This document shows positions 1-11,985 of a stretch of DNA of 64,000 nt, piece after piece. Positions within the stretch are counted from its first letter, which is position 1. The number at the start of each line of letters is the position of its first letter. Position numbers and translations under genes: made by a program. The stretch comes from Macrostomum lignano (Eukaryota): the NCBI GenBank assembly GCA_002269645.1, contig NIVC01002847.1:1-64000 (forward strand). The letters run 5' to 3'. A model generated the notes under the pieces. It did not search any database. It saw only the letters and a list, made by a program, of their open reading frames with translations, and had not been told where the DNA came from.

Positions 1-426
1 TTTCAATGATACTTCAAACGATATTTTTGGCTCTCTACTTTCAGTAATTAATCTATATATGATGTCTGAAATCAATCACATACCTCGATAGATAGAGGCA
101 AACCATTTTAGTATATAGGACTAGCAATCTGGCGCCGCCCCCCCGTTGGGGAGGCACCAAAGAAATAAATAAAAATGTGTGAATAAACTATTGTAGGTCA
201 CTATTGTTCATATCTAAAGTAAAATGATATTTAAAGCACAAAAACATCTTGCTAAAGATATCAAATCCCTGATCCTCTCTCACATGAACCCTGAAAACTT
301 AGCAATCCCCAAATGAACCTTTCTATTTCAGAAATCCTCTTCAGCGACTTCAGTTTCAGCGACTTCCTCTCATAAGCCTAGACCTATTCCTACATGAATA
401 TTTTATCGTTTGACAGGGCGAATCGA

Positions 427-504
427 ACCCTAACCAAACCGCTAACCCTAACCCTAACCCTAACCTAAACCCAAACCCTAACCCTAACCCTAACCCTAAC
501 CCTA
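427..504. repeat. Short degenerate interstitial (CCCTAA)n telomere-like tract
   Basis: About 12 imperfect CCCTAA units with ordinary sequence on both sides. Confidence 0.8.
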
Positions 505-984
505 GCTCTGCCGACAGTTACTGCGACTGATGTACGTCTAAATTTGACCAGACACTCAATACCGTCGAGATAAATCATTGCTTCTGTAAGACGTTCAAGT
601 ATCGACGGTCATGCAGACCCAGACTGATTGCTGTAGCACCTGCTGACTCAAAAAGAGCAATATTAATGATTATTATTAATCACTAATTCGAGTAGTACGC
701 GTATTTGAACCAGTTCAATAGAAATTGTCATCACGCATAGCTGAAGACGCATTGCAGACTGCGCAGTTTTGTCGGCCATTTTGTTGAATACAATTGAGCC
801 GGCAAAACCTTAGACTAATGAGCTCGAGCAAGGCGTGCTGTCCCCCTATAACGGCTGACTTAGCTTCTAAAACATTCGTGTCTAATATTTGTACTGTTGT
901 AAAGCATATCCTTGGGATAGATGAGAAAGGATAATGATTATAAGGAGGGAATCGAATACAGGTGAGGATGAGCATCTCAGGAAA

Positions 985-2520
985 AGGTGTGATCTCAGGA
1001 TAGTCGATGGAAATCTCAGGAATACCATGAGAATAACAGGAAGGCATAGGGATCCGCGATCTCAGGAAGGCATGGGGACCCACGATCTCAGGAAGATATG
1101 GGGATCCCGCGATCTCAGGAAGATATGGGGATCCCGCGATCTCAGGAAGATATGGGGACCCCACGATCTCAGGAAGATATGGGGACCCCACGATCTCAGG
1201 AAGATATGGGGATCCCGCGATCTCAGGAAGATATGGGGATCCGCGATCTCAGGAAGATATGGGGACCCCACGATCTCAGGAAGATATGGGGACCCCACGA
1301 TCTCAGGAAGATATGGGGATCCGCGATCTCAGGAAGATATGGGATCCCGCGATCTCAGGAAGATATGGGGACCCGATCCAGGAAGATACCGATCTCAGGA
1401 AGATATGGGATCGCGATCTCAGGAATATGATGCGATCTCAGGAAGATATGGGAATCCCGTGTGTTGTTATTTTGGAGTCGATTTGTTTAACTTTAGGATG
1501 AGCAACGGAAAAACAAACGATAGGCACGAAAGGCCTTGCACGGTCAATATATTTTGTATTAAAAAATGGTGAGTGAAAATTTGGGGGTGGGGGGCTAGGT
1601 AGGCTAGGAGAGAGATAAGAAGGGTAGGAAAGCGGGGGAGGCGGCACAGCGCACAAACAGAGGGGGGTGGTTTGAAAGCGGCAAATAAATCGATATTAGG
1701 CTAAACAACCACCACCGTACACACAGGTACATATGCACTGAATGAATGAGTAAATGAATGAATTCCGCGACACCGTGATCTCAGGAAGATATGGGAATCC
1801 CGTGATCTCAGGAAGATATGGGAATCCCGTGATCTCAGGAAGATATGGGAATCCCGCGATCTCAGGAAGATATGGGAATCCCGTGATCTCAGGAAGATAT
1901 GGGAATCCCGTGATCTCAGGAAGATATGGGAATCCCGCGATCTCAGGAAGATATGGGAATCCCGTGATCTCAGGAAGATATGGGAATCCCGTGATCTCAG
2001 GAAGATATGGGAATCCCGTGATCTCAGGAAGATATGGGAATCCCGTGATCTCAGGAAGATATGGGAATCCCGTGATCTCAGGAAGATATGGGAATCCGTG
2101 ATCTCAGGAAGATATGGGAATCCCGCGATCTCAGGAAGATATGGGAATCCCGCGATCTCAGGAAGATATGGGAATCCCGTGATCTCAGGAAGATATGGGA
2201 ATCCCGCGATCTCAGGAAGATATGGGAATCCCGCGATCTCAGGAAGATATGGGAATCCCGTGATCTCAGGAAGATATGGGAATCCCGTGATCTCAGGAAG
2301 ATATGGGAATCCCGTGATCTCAGGAAGATATGGGAATCCCGTGATCTCAGGAAGATATGGGAATCCCGTGATCTCAGGAAGATATGGGAATCCCGCGATC
2401 TCAGGAAGATATGGGAATCCGTGACCTCAGGAAGATATGGGAATCACGTGATCTCAGGAAGGCATGTGGATTCCGCGATCCTAGGAAGGCCAATATGGAT
2501 CTCGTGATACCAGGAAGGGA
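985..2520. repeat. 27-bp minisatellite (GATCTCAGGAAGATATGGGAATCCCGT) in two blocks, ~985-1460 and ~1770-2520
   Basis: Direct tandem repetition; explains the ISGRYGNPV / DLRKIWESR ORFs. Confidence 0.95.
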
Positions 2521-2550
2521 TTAGGATCGCATATACTGCATTTCACCCAC

Positions 2551-2729
2551 CGGCCGTCGAGCACAAGAATTTTATCGCCCTCTTCGCAGCCCAGCCGGTC
2601 GGCTTCATCGAATCGTCGAGTGGCCAGCACTTCGATTGGTTTGGCCTCGGCCAAGGCTGCTTTCAGTGCGGCAAAAGTGGGTCGAGATTTCGGATCCAGC
2701 TGCCAGCAGGCGAGCATTAGGCGGTAAAT
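2551..2729 (-). CDS. Ack: Ack-like kinase exon 5: kinase C-terminus and start of SH3 domain
   Basis: ctctag|ATT acceptor; IYRLMLACWQLDPKSRPTF...VLATRRFDEADRL...LVLDGR; phase-2 donor CG|gtgggt. Continues exon 4 (CPGQ|IYRL) in frame. Next exon not found in window. Confidence 0.88.
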
Positions 2730-2849
2730 CTAGAGAATTAAGATTGCGGGTTGCAGCATGTATAAGGTTGTAATTAAATGTATATGGCTAGTAGGACAAA
2801 GTTTTAGGTTGGGATACTCGTATTCAGAGAAAATTTAGATTGACTGGAA

Positions 2850-5115
2850 GATAGAATGGAAATAAATAAAGAAAGAAGAGGTGTAGACAGGGAAGAAAGT
2901 AAAATAAGAAGAAAGTAGAATGGGAAGAAAGTAAAATGGGAAGAAAGTAGAATGGGAAGAAGGTAGAATGGGATGGGAAGAAAGTAGAATATGAAGAAGG
3001 CAGAATGGGAAGAAAGTAGAATGGGAAGAAGGCAGAATGGGAAGAAAGTAGAATGGGAAGAAAGTAGAATGGGAAGAAGGTAGAATGGGAAGAAAGTAGA
3101 ATATGAAGAAGGCAGAATGAGAAGAAAGTAGAATGGGAAGAAGGCAGAATGGGAAGAAAGTAGAATGGGAAGAAGGTAGAATAGGAAGAAGGTGGAATGG
3201 GAAGAAAATGGAATGGGAAGAAGGTAGAATGGGAAGAAAGTAGAATGGGAAGAAAGTAGAATGGGAAGAAGGTAGAATGGGAAGAAAGTAGAATATGAAG
3301 AAGGCAGAATGGGAAGAAAGTAGAATGGGAAGAAGGCAGAATGGGAAGAAAGTAGAATGGGAAGAAAGTAGAATGGGAAGAAGGTAGAATGGGAAGAAAG
3401 TAGAATATGAAGAAGGCAGAATGGGAAGAAAGTAGAATGGGAAGAAGGCAGAATGGGAAGAAAGTAGAATGGGAAGAAGGCAGAATGAGAAGAAAGTAGA
3501 ATGGGAAGAAGGCAGAATGAGAAGAAAGTAGAATGGGAAGAAGGCAGAATGGGAAGAAAGTAGAATAGGAAGAAGGCAGAATGAGAAGAAAGTAGAATGG
3601 GAAGAAGGCAGAATGAGAAGAAAGTAGAATGGGAAGAAGGCAGAATGAGAAGAAAGTAGAACGGGAAGAAGGCAGAATGGGAAGAAAGTAGAATGGGAAG
3701 AAGGCAGAATGGGAAGAAAGTAGAACGGGAAGAAGGCAGAATGGGAAGAAAGTAGAACGGGAAGAAGGCAGAATGAGAAGAAAGTAGAACGGGAAGAAGG
3801 CAGAATGAGAAGAAAGTAGAATGGGAAGAAGGCAGAATGAGAAGAAAGTAGAATGGGAAGAAGGCAGAATGAGAAGAAAGTAGAATAGGAAGAAGGCAGA
3901 ATGGGAAGAAAGTAGAATGGGAAGAAGGCAGAATGAGAAGAAATTAGAATGGAAAGAAAGTAGAATGAGAAGAAAGTAGAATGGGAAGAAGGTAGAATGG
4001 GAAGAAAGTAGAATGGGAAGAAGGCAGAATGGGAAGAAAGTAGAATGGGAAGAAGGCAGAATGGGAAGAAAGTAGAATGGGAAGAAGGCAGAATGGGAAG
4101 AAAGCAGAATGAGAAGAAAGTAGAATGAGAAGAAAGTAGAATGGGAAGAAGGTAGAATGGGAAGAAAGTAGAATGGGAAGAAGGTAGAATGGGAAGAAAG
4201 TAGAATATGAAGAGGGCAGAATGGGAAGAAAGTAGAATGGGAAGAAAGTAGAATGGGAAGAAGGTAGAATGGAGGGGGGCCGTAGCCCAGCGGTAGCGCA
4301 GCTGCTCTGGTGTGCCGCGACCCAGGCTCGATTCCAAGTGCAGCCACATTAATTTGGGGCTGAATTGGAATTTCAGCTTGGCTCGCTTGTGCAATTAACG
4401 GCCTTGAGAGCCAACCCCCCAAGGCGCAGTGAAGTGTACATGCCTAACAATTGATAAAGTTAGGGCCGCTGTACACTCCTGTGTGAGTGTGTGCCTGCGT
4501 AACGTATCCGCGCGCTTGTATGCCTGCTCAGGGGAGTCGGCGGAATGGGCAGTAATGCCTCTCGCCGGTTGTGTGCCTATGTCGCTTAAAGTGCACCAGG
4601 GTGCACACAACCCCCCTGCCTCTAATAATAAAAGGTAGAATGGGAAGAAAGCAGAATGGGAAGAAAGCAGAATGGGAGGAAAATAGAATGGGAAGAAAAT
4701 GGAATGGGGAAAAATAGAATGGGGAGAAAGTAGAATAGGAAGAGAGTCGAATGGGAAGAAAATGGAATGGGAAGAAAGTAGAATGGGAAAAAAGCAGAAT
4801 GGGAAGAAAGCAGAATGGAAAGAAAGTAGAATGGGAAGAAAGTAGAATGGGAAGAAAGCAGAATGGGAAGAAAGTAGAATGGGAAGAAGGTAGAATGGGA
4901 AGAAAGTAGAATGGGAAGAAAGTAGAATGAGAAGAAAGTAGAATGGGAAGAAGGCAGAATGAGAAGAAAGTAGAATGGGAAGAAGGTAGAATGGGAAGAA
5001 AGTAGAATATGAAGAAGGCAGAATGGGAAGAAAGTAGAATGGGAAGAAAGTAGAATGGGAAGAAAATATTGATAGAATGGGAAGAGACTACATAAGAAAA
5101 ATGAGAAGAGTACAT
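2850..5115. repeat. Purine-rich 16/17-bp minisatellite (GAAGAAAGTAGAATGG / GAAGAAGGCAGAATGG) filling Ack intron 4, interrupted by a SINE
   Basis: Direct tandem repetition; source of the spurious 519-532 aa F/L/S-rich ORFs. Confidence 0.95.
4273..4631 (+). mobile_element. tRNA-derived SINE (~360 bp)
   Basis: A-box-like TAGCCCAGCGG and B-box-like GGCTCGATTCC in the head; (TAA)n tail; flanked by AAGGTAGAATGG (4261-4272 and 4632-4643), although this is also the host repeat motif. Confidence 0.75.
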
Positions 5116-5150
5116 TGGGGAAGACGGTAGGTAGGGATGAAAGCAGATTA

Positions 5151-5576
<426 letters not shown>

Positions 5577-5599
5577 TTAATTTGAGCGAATCAGGAGGC

Positions 5600-6255
5600 T
5601 CAGGGGATGAAGAAAGGATGAACAGGGGTGGAAAGAGGATCAACAGAGGGGCGGAGAGAGGATGAACAGGGGGCGGAGAGAGAATGAACAGGGGGCGGAG
5701 AGAGGATGAACAGGGGCGGAGAGAGGATAAACAGGGGGGCGGAAAGAGGATGAACAGGGGGCAGAAAGAGGATGAAGAGGAGGATGAACAGGGGGGCGGA
5801 AAGGGGATGAACAGGAGGCTCAGGGGATGAACATGGGGCTTAGGGGATGAACAGGGGGCGGAAAGAGGATAAACAGGGGGCGGAGAGAGGATGAACAGGG
5901 GGCGGAAAGAGGATAAACAGGGGGCGGAGAGAGGATGAACAGAGGGGCGGAAAGAGGATGAACAGGGGCGGAGAGAGGATAAACAGGGGGGCGGAAAGAG
6001 GATGAACAGGGGCGGAGAGAGGATGAACAGAGGGGCGGAAAGAGGATGAACAGGGGCGGAGAGGATGAACAGGGGGGCGGAAAGGGGATGAAGAGGAGGA
6101 TGAACAGGGGGCTCAGGGGATGAACAGGGGGCTCAGGGGATGAACAGGGGGCTCAGGGGATGAACAGGGGGCTCAGGGGATGAACAGGGGGCTCAGGGGA
6201 TGAACAGGGAGCTCAGGGGATGAACAGGGGGCTCAGGGGATGAACAGGAGGCGGA
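5600..6255. repeat. 20-23-bp G-rich minisatellite (GGATGAACAGGGGGCGGAGA family) filling Ack intron 3
   Basis: Direct tandem repetition. Confidence 0.92.
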
Positions 6256-6286
6256 GTCAGCCAGCAATCAGCAGGGGAGATCGAAC

Positions 6287-6646
6287 CTGGTCAGCATAGT
6301 TGCACAGCTCAATCAGGGAGAATCCGGCCGATCCTTCATCCCTCAGCCGGTTGAGCAGGCAGCCGAGCGGAGCCAGCTCGGTGACAATCATGAGCGGCGA
6401 TGACAGACAGGCTCCGTACAGGCGGATGAGGTTGGGGTGACTCAGCGAGTGCATGCTGTTCACCTCTTTGACGAAGTCTTCCAGAGCCGTGTTGGCGCCG
6501 CTTTTTGGGTCGCGTAAAATTTTCACGGCCACCGGCAGTTTGGCGCCAGACGGGGTAACCCAGTCGCCTTTCATCACGTCAGCGAATTGGCCGGAGCCGA
6601 GCTTCGAGTAGGTGTACACGCTCTTGGAGCTGATGAGGCACATCAA
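6287..6646 (-). CDS. Ack: Ack-like kinase exon 3: kinase N-lobe
   Basis: cccgccag|TTG acceptor; LGSGQFADV Gly loop, VAVKIL, EDFVKEVNSMHSLSHPNLIRLYG, VTELAPLGCLL; donor CAG|gttcga; 120 codons. Confidence 0.93.
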
Positions 6647-6679
6647 CTGGCGGGAGAGGAGTTCGGGGCTTTTGGTGCT

Positions 6680-7100
6680 TTTTTCAATGTGTCTTTGGGA
6701 GATTCTCAATGTGTCTTGTGGCGATTCCCAATCTGTCTCGAGGCCATTCTCTATGTGTCTCGGGGCGATTCTCAATGTGTCTCGAGGTGATTCTCAATGT
6801 GTCTCGGGGCGATTCTCAATGTGTCTCGAGGTGATTCTCAATGTGTCCGAGGTGATTCTCAATGTGTCTTGAGGTGATTCTCAATGTGTCTTGAAATGAT
6901 TCTCCATGTGTCTTGAGGTGATTCTCAATGTGTCTTGAGGTGATTCTATATGTCTTGGGGCGTTTTTTAAATGTGTCGCGAGGCGATTCTCAATGTGTCT
7001 CGAGGTGATTCTCAATGTGTCTCGGGGCGACTCTCAATGTGTCTCGAGGTGATTCTCAATGTGTCTCGGGGCGATTCTCAATGTGTCTTGAGGCGATTCC
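6680..7100. repeat. 22-bp minisatellite (GTGTCTCGAGGTGATTCTCAAT) filling Ack intron 2
   Basis: Direct tandem repetition. Confidence 0.92.
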
Positions 7101-7166
7101 TAAAAATCATTGAGAACGAAATTCAACGTACGTGCCCTAGGCGGACCTTCAGAAGCAGTTTCTCAC

Positions 7167-7520
7167 CTGCTCTCCCGAGCTGAGCGCTGGCGCCATTGGC
7201 GCCAAGCCAGCAGCGCCACCAGCGGCCCCTCCAGCTGGCGCGGACGCGGACACGGCGGCAGCGGACGGCAGCAGGAGCTCCAGATTAGCCGGAGCTTCAA
7301 CAGCTGCGGCGGGGGCGGCAGCCGCCGGCTGAGAGGGCAGCGCTTTGCTGCTTAGTCGCAACCGATCGATCAGGCCCTGCTGCTGTTGCTGTTTCTTCTT
7401 CTTGGCCGCGTGGCGCCATCGCTTCACAGCGTCAAGCAGTCGGCGCGCCGATGGACGCGACAGGCCCAGACGTTCGAGATCGTCCGACTTGACGAAGTCA
7501 AAATGGCGAAGCTTTGTCAC
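7167..7520 (-). CDS. Ack: Ack-like kinase exon 2: second half of SAM domain plus low-complexity linker
   Basis: ccctccag|GTG acceptor; VTKLRHFDFVKSDDLERLGLSRPSARRLLDAVKR matches the Ack N-terminal SAM pattern; donor CAG|gtgaga; 118 codons. Confidence 0.9.
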
Positions 7521-7540
7521 CTGGAGGGCGACGGCGGTTG

Positions 7541-8363
7541 TCAGTCAGTCAGTCAGTCAGTCAGTCAGCCAGTCAGCCAGTCAGTCAGTCAGTCAGTCAA
7601 TCAGCCAGTCAGTCAGTCAGTCAGTCAGTCAGTCAGTCAGCCAGTCAGTCAGTCAGTCAGTCAGTCAGTCAGTCAGTCACCCACTCACTCAAGTCAGTCA
7701 GTCAGTCAGTCAGTCAGTCAGTCAGTCAGTCAGTCAGTCAGTCAGTCAGTCACCCACTCACTCAAGTCAGTCAGTCAGTCAGTCAGCCAGTCAGTCAGTC
7801 AGTCAGTCAATCAGCCAGTCAGTCAGTCAGTCAGTCAGTCAGTCAGTCAGCCAGTCAGTCAGTCAGTCAGTCAGTCAGTCAGTCAGTCACCCACTCACTC
7901 AAGTCAGTCAGTCAGTCAGTCAGTCAGTCAGTCAGTCAGCCAGTCAGTCAGTCAGTCAGCCAGTCAGCCAGTCAGTCAGTCAGTCAGTCAATCAGCCAGT
8001 CAGCCAGTCAGCCAGTCAGTCAGTCAGTCAGTCAATCAGCCAGTCAGTCAGTCAGTCAGTCAGTCAGCCAGTCAGTCAGTCAGTCAGTCAGTCAGTCAGT
8101 CAGCCAGTCAGCCAGTCAGTCAGTCAGTCAGTCAGTCAGTCAGCCAGTCAGTCAGTCAGTCAGTCAGTCAGTCAGTCAGTCAGTCAGTCAGTCAGTCAGT
8201 CAGTCAGTCAGTCAGTCAGTCAGTCAGTCAGTCAGTCAGTCAGTCAGTCAGTCAGTCAGTCAGTCAGTCAGTCAGTCAGTCAGTCAGTCAGTCAGTCAGT
8301 CAGTCAGTCAGTCAGTCAGTCAGTCAGTCAGTCAGTCAGTCAGTCAGTCAGTCAGTCAGTCAG
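7541..8363. repeat. (CAGT)n microsatellite filling Ack intron 1
   Basis: About 820 bp of CAGT with occasional variants; source of the SQSV ORFs. Confidence 0.97.
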
Positions 8364-8368
8364 CCAAC

Positions 8369-8530
8369 CTGCAGATCTTCGCGAATGCGCCGATGAAAAG
8401 CGGTCAAATCCACTTCAGCCAAGAGCCGCGCAAGCCAGGCTTCGTCGTCTGGCTCGCCGTGTCGACTTGTCGCAGAAACAACGGCCGAGGCGGGACGCTG
8501 TTGAGAACTGCGGTGCTGCGGAGAGCGACG
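8369..8530 (-). CDS. Ack: Ack-like kinase exon 1: first half of SAM domain (5' limit uncertain, no in-frame ATG)
   Basis: DDEAWLARLLAEVDLTAFHRRIREDLQ then donor CAG|gttggc, joining VTKLR in frame. Confidence 0.8.
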
Positions 8531-8629
8531 CTGTCGTACAGACGACGGCGAAGAGTTTGGGACAGCCGCCGCGGCGGTGTCACCGGTTGGACTGGCCGCC
8601 GTTGCCAGCCGGAAGATGCGATAAATATG

Positions 8630-9080
8630 CTTCACTGCTTGATTCTCAGGGATTGGGTGAGATTCACTGCTTGATTCTCAGGGATTGGGTGAGATTCACT
8701 GCTTGATTCTCAGTGATTGAGTGAGATTCACTGGATGATTCTCTCAATGGTTGAGTGAGATTCACTGCTTCATTCTCAATGGTTGAGTGAGATTCACTGG
8801 GTGATTCTCTCAATGGTTGAGTGAGATTCACTGCTTCATTCTCAATGGTTGAGTGAGATTCACTGCTTCATTCTCAATGGTTGAGTGAGATTCACTGCTT
8901 CATTCTCAATGGTTGAGTGAGATTCACTGGATGACTCTCTCTGGGGTTGAGTGAGATTCACTGGATGACTCTCTCTGGGGTTGAGTGAGATTCACTGGAT
9001 GACTCTCTCTGGGGTTGAGTGAGATTCACTGGATGACTCTCTCTGGGGTTGAGTGAGATTCACTGGATGACTCTCAGTGG
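8630..9080. repeat. 32-34-bp minisatellite (GAGATTCACTGCTTGATTCTC...)
   Basis: Direct tandem repetition. Confidence 0.9.
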
Positions 9081-9759
9081 TCAACTAAGCTTAACTAAGG
9101 CCTAATTTTCAATAAAAAAGATTTCAATAAACAATTTTGGATAATCATTTTGTAAACAAACGCCGACAAATTAGTAGTCATGCTAGCGAATTACGTAAAA
9201 TTCAACTTTACTTTCAGTTCAGACAGAGTCAAAAACATGAGAGACTGAGAAAATTGGAGACAGTAGAGCTATACAATTACAATTATGAAATTTACAATAG
9301 ATTTTATATTTTAGGACAGTAGTTGTAATCAGCCAACTTATATGAATTACGAGTACATTAGCTAGCTACAAATTAAGAGCAAAATGCAACAAATGTTATT
9401 ATTATATAGTTTAACTTATTGATTAATTGATTAGCACAATGATTGCCAGCAGGGTATGCAAATTCTAATCAAAGTACAACTGTGACGTACTTTTAAGACA
9501 GTGTCTGCAGTACAATGTTTCTGAATAATGCACTGAACACAAAACACAACAGAACTTGCGGAGCCAAATAAAATCACTGAATATTCTTCAATGCCCACAA
9601 TATACTTATTGGTAGCAATTTAAAACAATATAGCTTGTAACAGAATACATTTAAGTGTGCATCGCAGTGTCTGTCTGTCTGTAATGTAAATATTCACGTC
9701 TGCCAGTCCTTAATTTTTTTCGTCTGGCTGTCTCTCTTAGTGTGTCCTAGTTTCTCTGT

Positions 9760-9801
9760 CTGCTTGTCTGCTTGTCTGTCTGTCTGTCTGTCTGTCTGCC
9801 A

Positions 9802-9833
<32 letters not shown>

Positions 9834-9933
9834 GCCAGTCTGTCTGCTCCTGTCTGTCTGTCTGCCAGTCTGTCTGCCCCTGTCTGTTTGTCTGTCTGTC
9901 TATCTGTCTGTCTCTCTGCCAGTCTGTCTGCCC

Positions 9934-9967
<34 letters not shown>

Positions 9968-9995
9968 CTCTGCCAGTCTGTCTGGCCCTGCCAGA
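9760..9995. repeat. (TCTG)n microsatellite
   Basis: Direct repetition. Confidence 0.9.
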
Positions 9996-10080
9996 CTGTC
10001 CAAACCCCACCCTATTAGCAACTGACTAACTTTATTTAAAAATACTATACAAGCACTGGGCCAATCAGCTTCCCGCTTGG

Positions 10081-11118
10081 TCACTTGAGCCGCTGCCGTT
10101 TCACCCCGGCCGACTTGCACCTCGGACAGTACCAGGAGCCCCTAGGCGCCACCGTCAATCCAACGCAGGCAAAGTGGAACCATTCAAACGGGCAGGCGGG
10201 ATTCTCGCAGGCGATCATCTCGCCGTGCGAGACGTCGTGGCAGATGCAGTAGCGACTGTTGTCCTCGCCAGATAGGCCGCCTACACCCCCTGCGGCGGCT
10301 TCGTCAAGCCCGACGTCGCTAAGGAATGCGGCAACCAGCGAGTCGGAGGAGGCGCCGCCAACTACGGCGGCAGACTGGTCGAATTCGGAGGACAGCGACG
10401 GCTGCTCAAGGCCGGAGAAGAAAGAAGTTCGATTTCGCTTCAGGCCCCCGCCGCCACCGCCGCCGCCTCTGCGCAGAGGGGTGGCTACGTCGCCGAAGGA
10501 GCTCCCGACGCTGGATAGCGGACTGTGCGGTCTGCGGTGACCAGCGACGGCCATTGTGGCGGCGGCAGCAGCGGAAGCGGCTGTCGAAGAATTCGCCGGA
10601 GAGTCCGGTCCAACCAAGGAGGCCAGGGCAGCGTCGTGATGGCCGTTAGTGACTGCAGCAGCAGACAGCAGGCTCTGCTGCTGACGGTGATGCCGAAGAT
10701 CCTCTTCGCGAAGCAGCCGGTCCTCGATGCTGCTGGTGACCCCGGCGTGATCGGCCTCGAGTTCGAGCTTGAACTTTTCCACCTCCATGCCGAGTTTGCG
10801 CTTCAGGCGGCTGACAGTTTCCAGCAGCTGTTTGGCCAGTTGAAGCTTCTCATCTGAGTGCCCCCTGGCCTTGGCGAACTCCTCGCAGATGTCAGCGTAC
10901 TCCTGATCGCCGTTAGCGTCATCAGAAGCTGTCACGCTCGGATCGTTGGCATTGGCGGCCAGTTGACAACGGCGAGCAAACAGGGCGGCGATTCTCGCGC
11001 CCAATGGTTGCAGAGTATTGTCTAGGGCTAAATCGCACTGCCGGATCTGCGTGAGCTTCTCTAGCACCTCCTGAGGCAGGCCTTCAATCATTTCCATGTA
11101 GTCTTCAAAGTACATCAT
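10081..11118 (-). CDS. ING3: Inhibitor-of-growth family protein, ING3-like, 345 aa, single coding exon
   Basis: [17 protein letters not shown] start, [14 protein letters not shown] in the ING domain, C-terminal PHD finger [15 protein letters not shown]...[10 protein letters not shown]...WYCPRC. ATG at 11118 follows a cacag|g acceptor. Confidence 0.9.
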   Translation of the reverse strand: MMYFEDYMEMIEGLPQEVLEKLTQIRQCDLALDNTLQPLGARIAALFARRCQLAANANDPSVTASDDANGDQEYADICEEFAKARGHSDEKLQLAKQLLETVSRLKRKLGMEVEKFKLELEADHAGVTSSIEDRLLREEDLRHHRQQQSLLSAAAVTNGHHDAALASLVGPDSPANSSTAASAAAAATMAVAGHRRPHSPLSSVGSSFGDVATPLRRGGGGGGGGLKRNRTSFFSGLEQPSLSSEFDQSAAVVGGASSDSLVAAFLSDVGLDEAAAGGVGGLSGEDNSRYCICHDVSHGEMIACENPACPFEWFHFACVGLTVAPRGSWYCPRCKSAGVKRQRLK

Positions 11119-11324
11119 CCTGTGACTGGGTTGGTTTGTAAGCCCACTCGCAGAAGTTGCGTGGGGAGATGTTTTGAATACCAAATCAAAAAAGGCTTAG
11201 TCTCATACTATTAGCATATTTTATTAGCTCGTATTATTAATTTTAGTCTTTTACTAGCCATGTAGCCCCCCTTTGGGGGGGGGCTTAAACATAACTTCCG
11301 TTTCCCGTTGAACCCCTTGGACAG

Positions 11325-11985
11325 AAAGCATCCCCCCAGACAGCAAGCATCCCCCCAGACAGCAAGCATCCACCAGACAGCAAGCATTCCCCAGACAGAA
11401 AGCATCCACAAGATAGCAAGCATTCCCAAGATAGCAAGCATCCCCAGATAGCAAGCATCCCCAAGAAAGCAAGCATCCCCCCAGACAGCAAGCATCCCCC
11501 AGACAGCAAGCATGCCCCAGACAGCAAGCATCCCCAGACAGCAAGCAGCCCACAGCAAGCATCCCCAAGACAGCAAGCATGCCCCAGACAGCAAGCATCC
11601 CCCAGACAGCAAGCATCCCCAGACAGCAAGCAGCCCACAGCAAGCATCCCCCAGACAGCAAGCATCCCCAGACAGCAAGCAGCCCACAGCAAGCATCCCC
11701 CAGACAGCAAGCATCCCCAGACAGCAAGCAGCCCACAGCAAGCATCCCCCAGACAGCAAGCATCCCCAGACAGCAAGCAGCCCACAGCAAGCATCCCCCA
11801 GACAGCAAGCATCCCCAGACAGCAAGCAGCCCACAGCAAGCATCCCCCAGACAGCAAGCATCCCCAGACAGCAAGCAGCCCACAGCAAGCATCCCCCAGA
11901 CAGCAAGCATCCCAGACAGCAAGCATCCCCCAGACAGCAAGCATCCCCCAGACAGCAAGCAGCCCACAGCAAGCATCCCCCAGTT
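11325..11985. repeat. 15-19-bp minisatellite (CAGACAGCAAGCATCCCC family)
   Basis: Direct tandem repetition; source of several spurious ORFs. Confidence 0.93.

Noticed and set aside
427-504. True telomere
   Set aside because: Short, degenerate and internal.
4273-4345. Functional tRNA gene
   Set aside because: Stems are imperfect and the sequence continues into a SINE body and tail.
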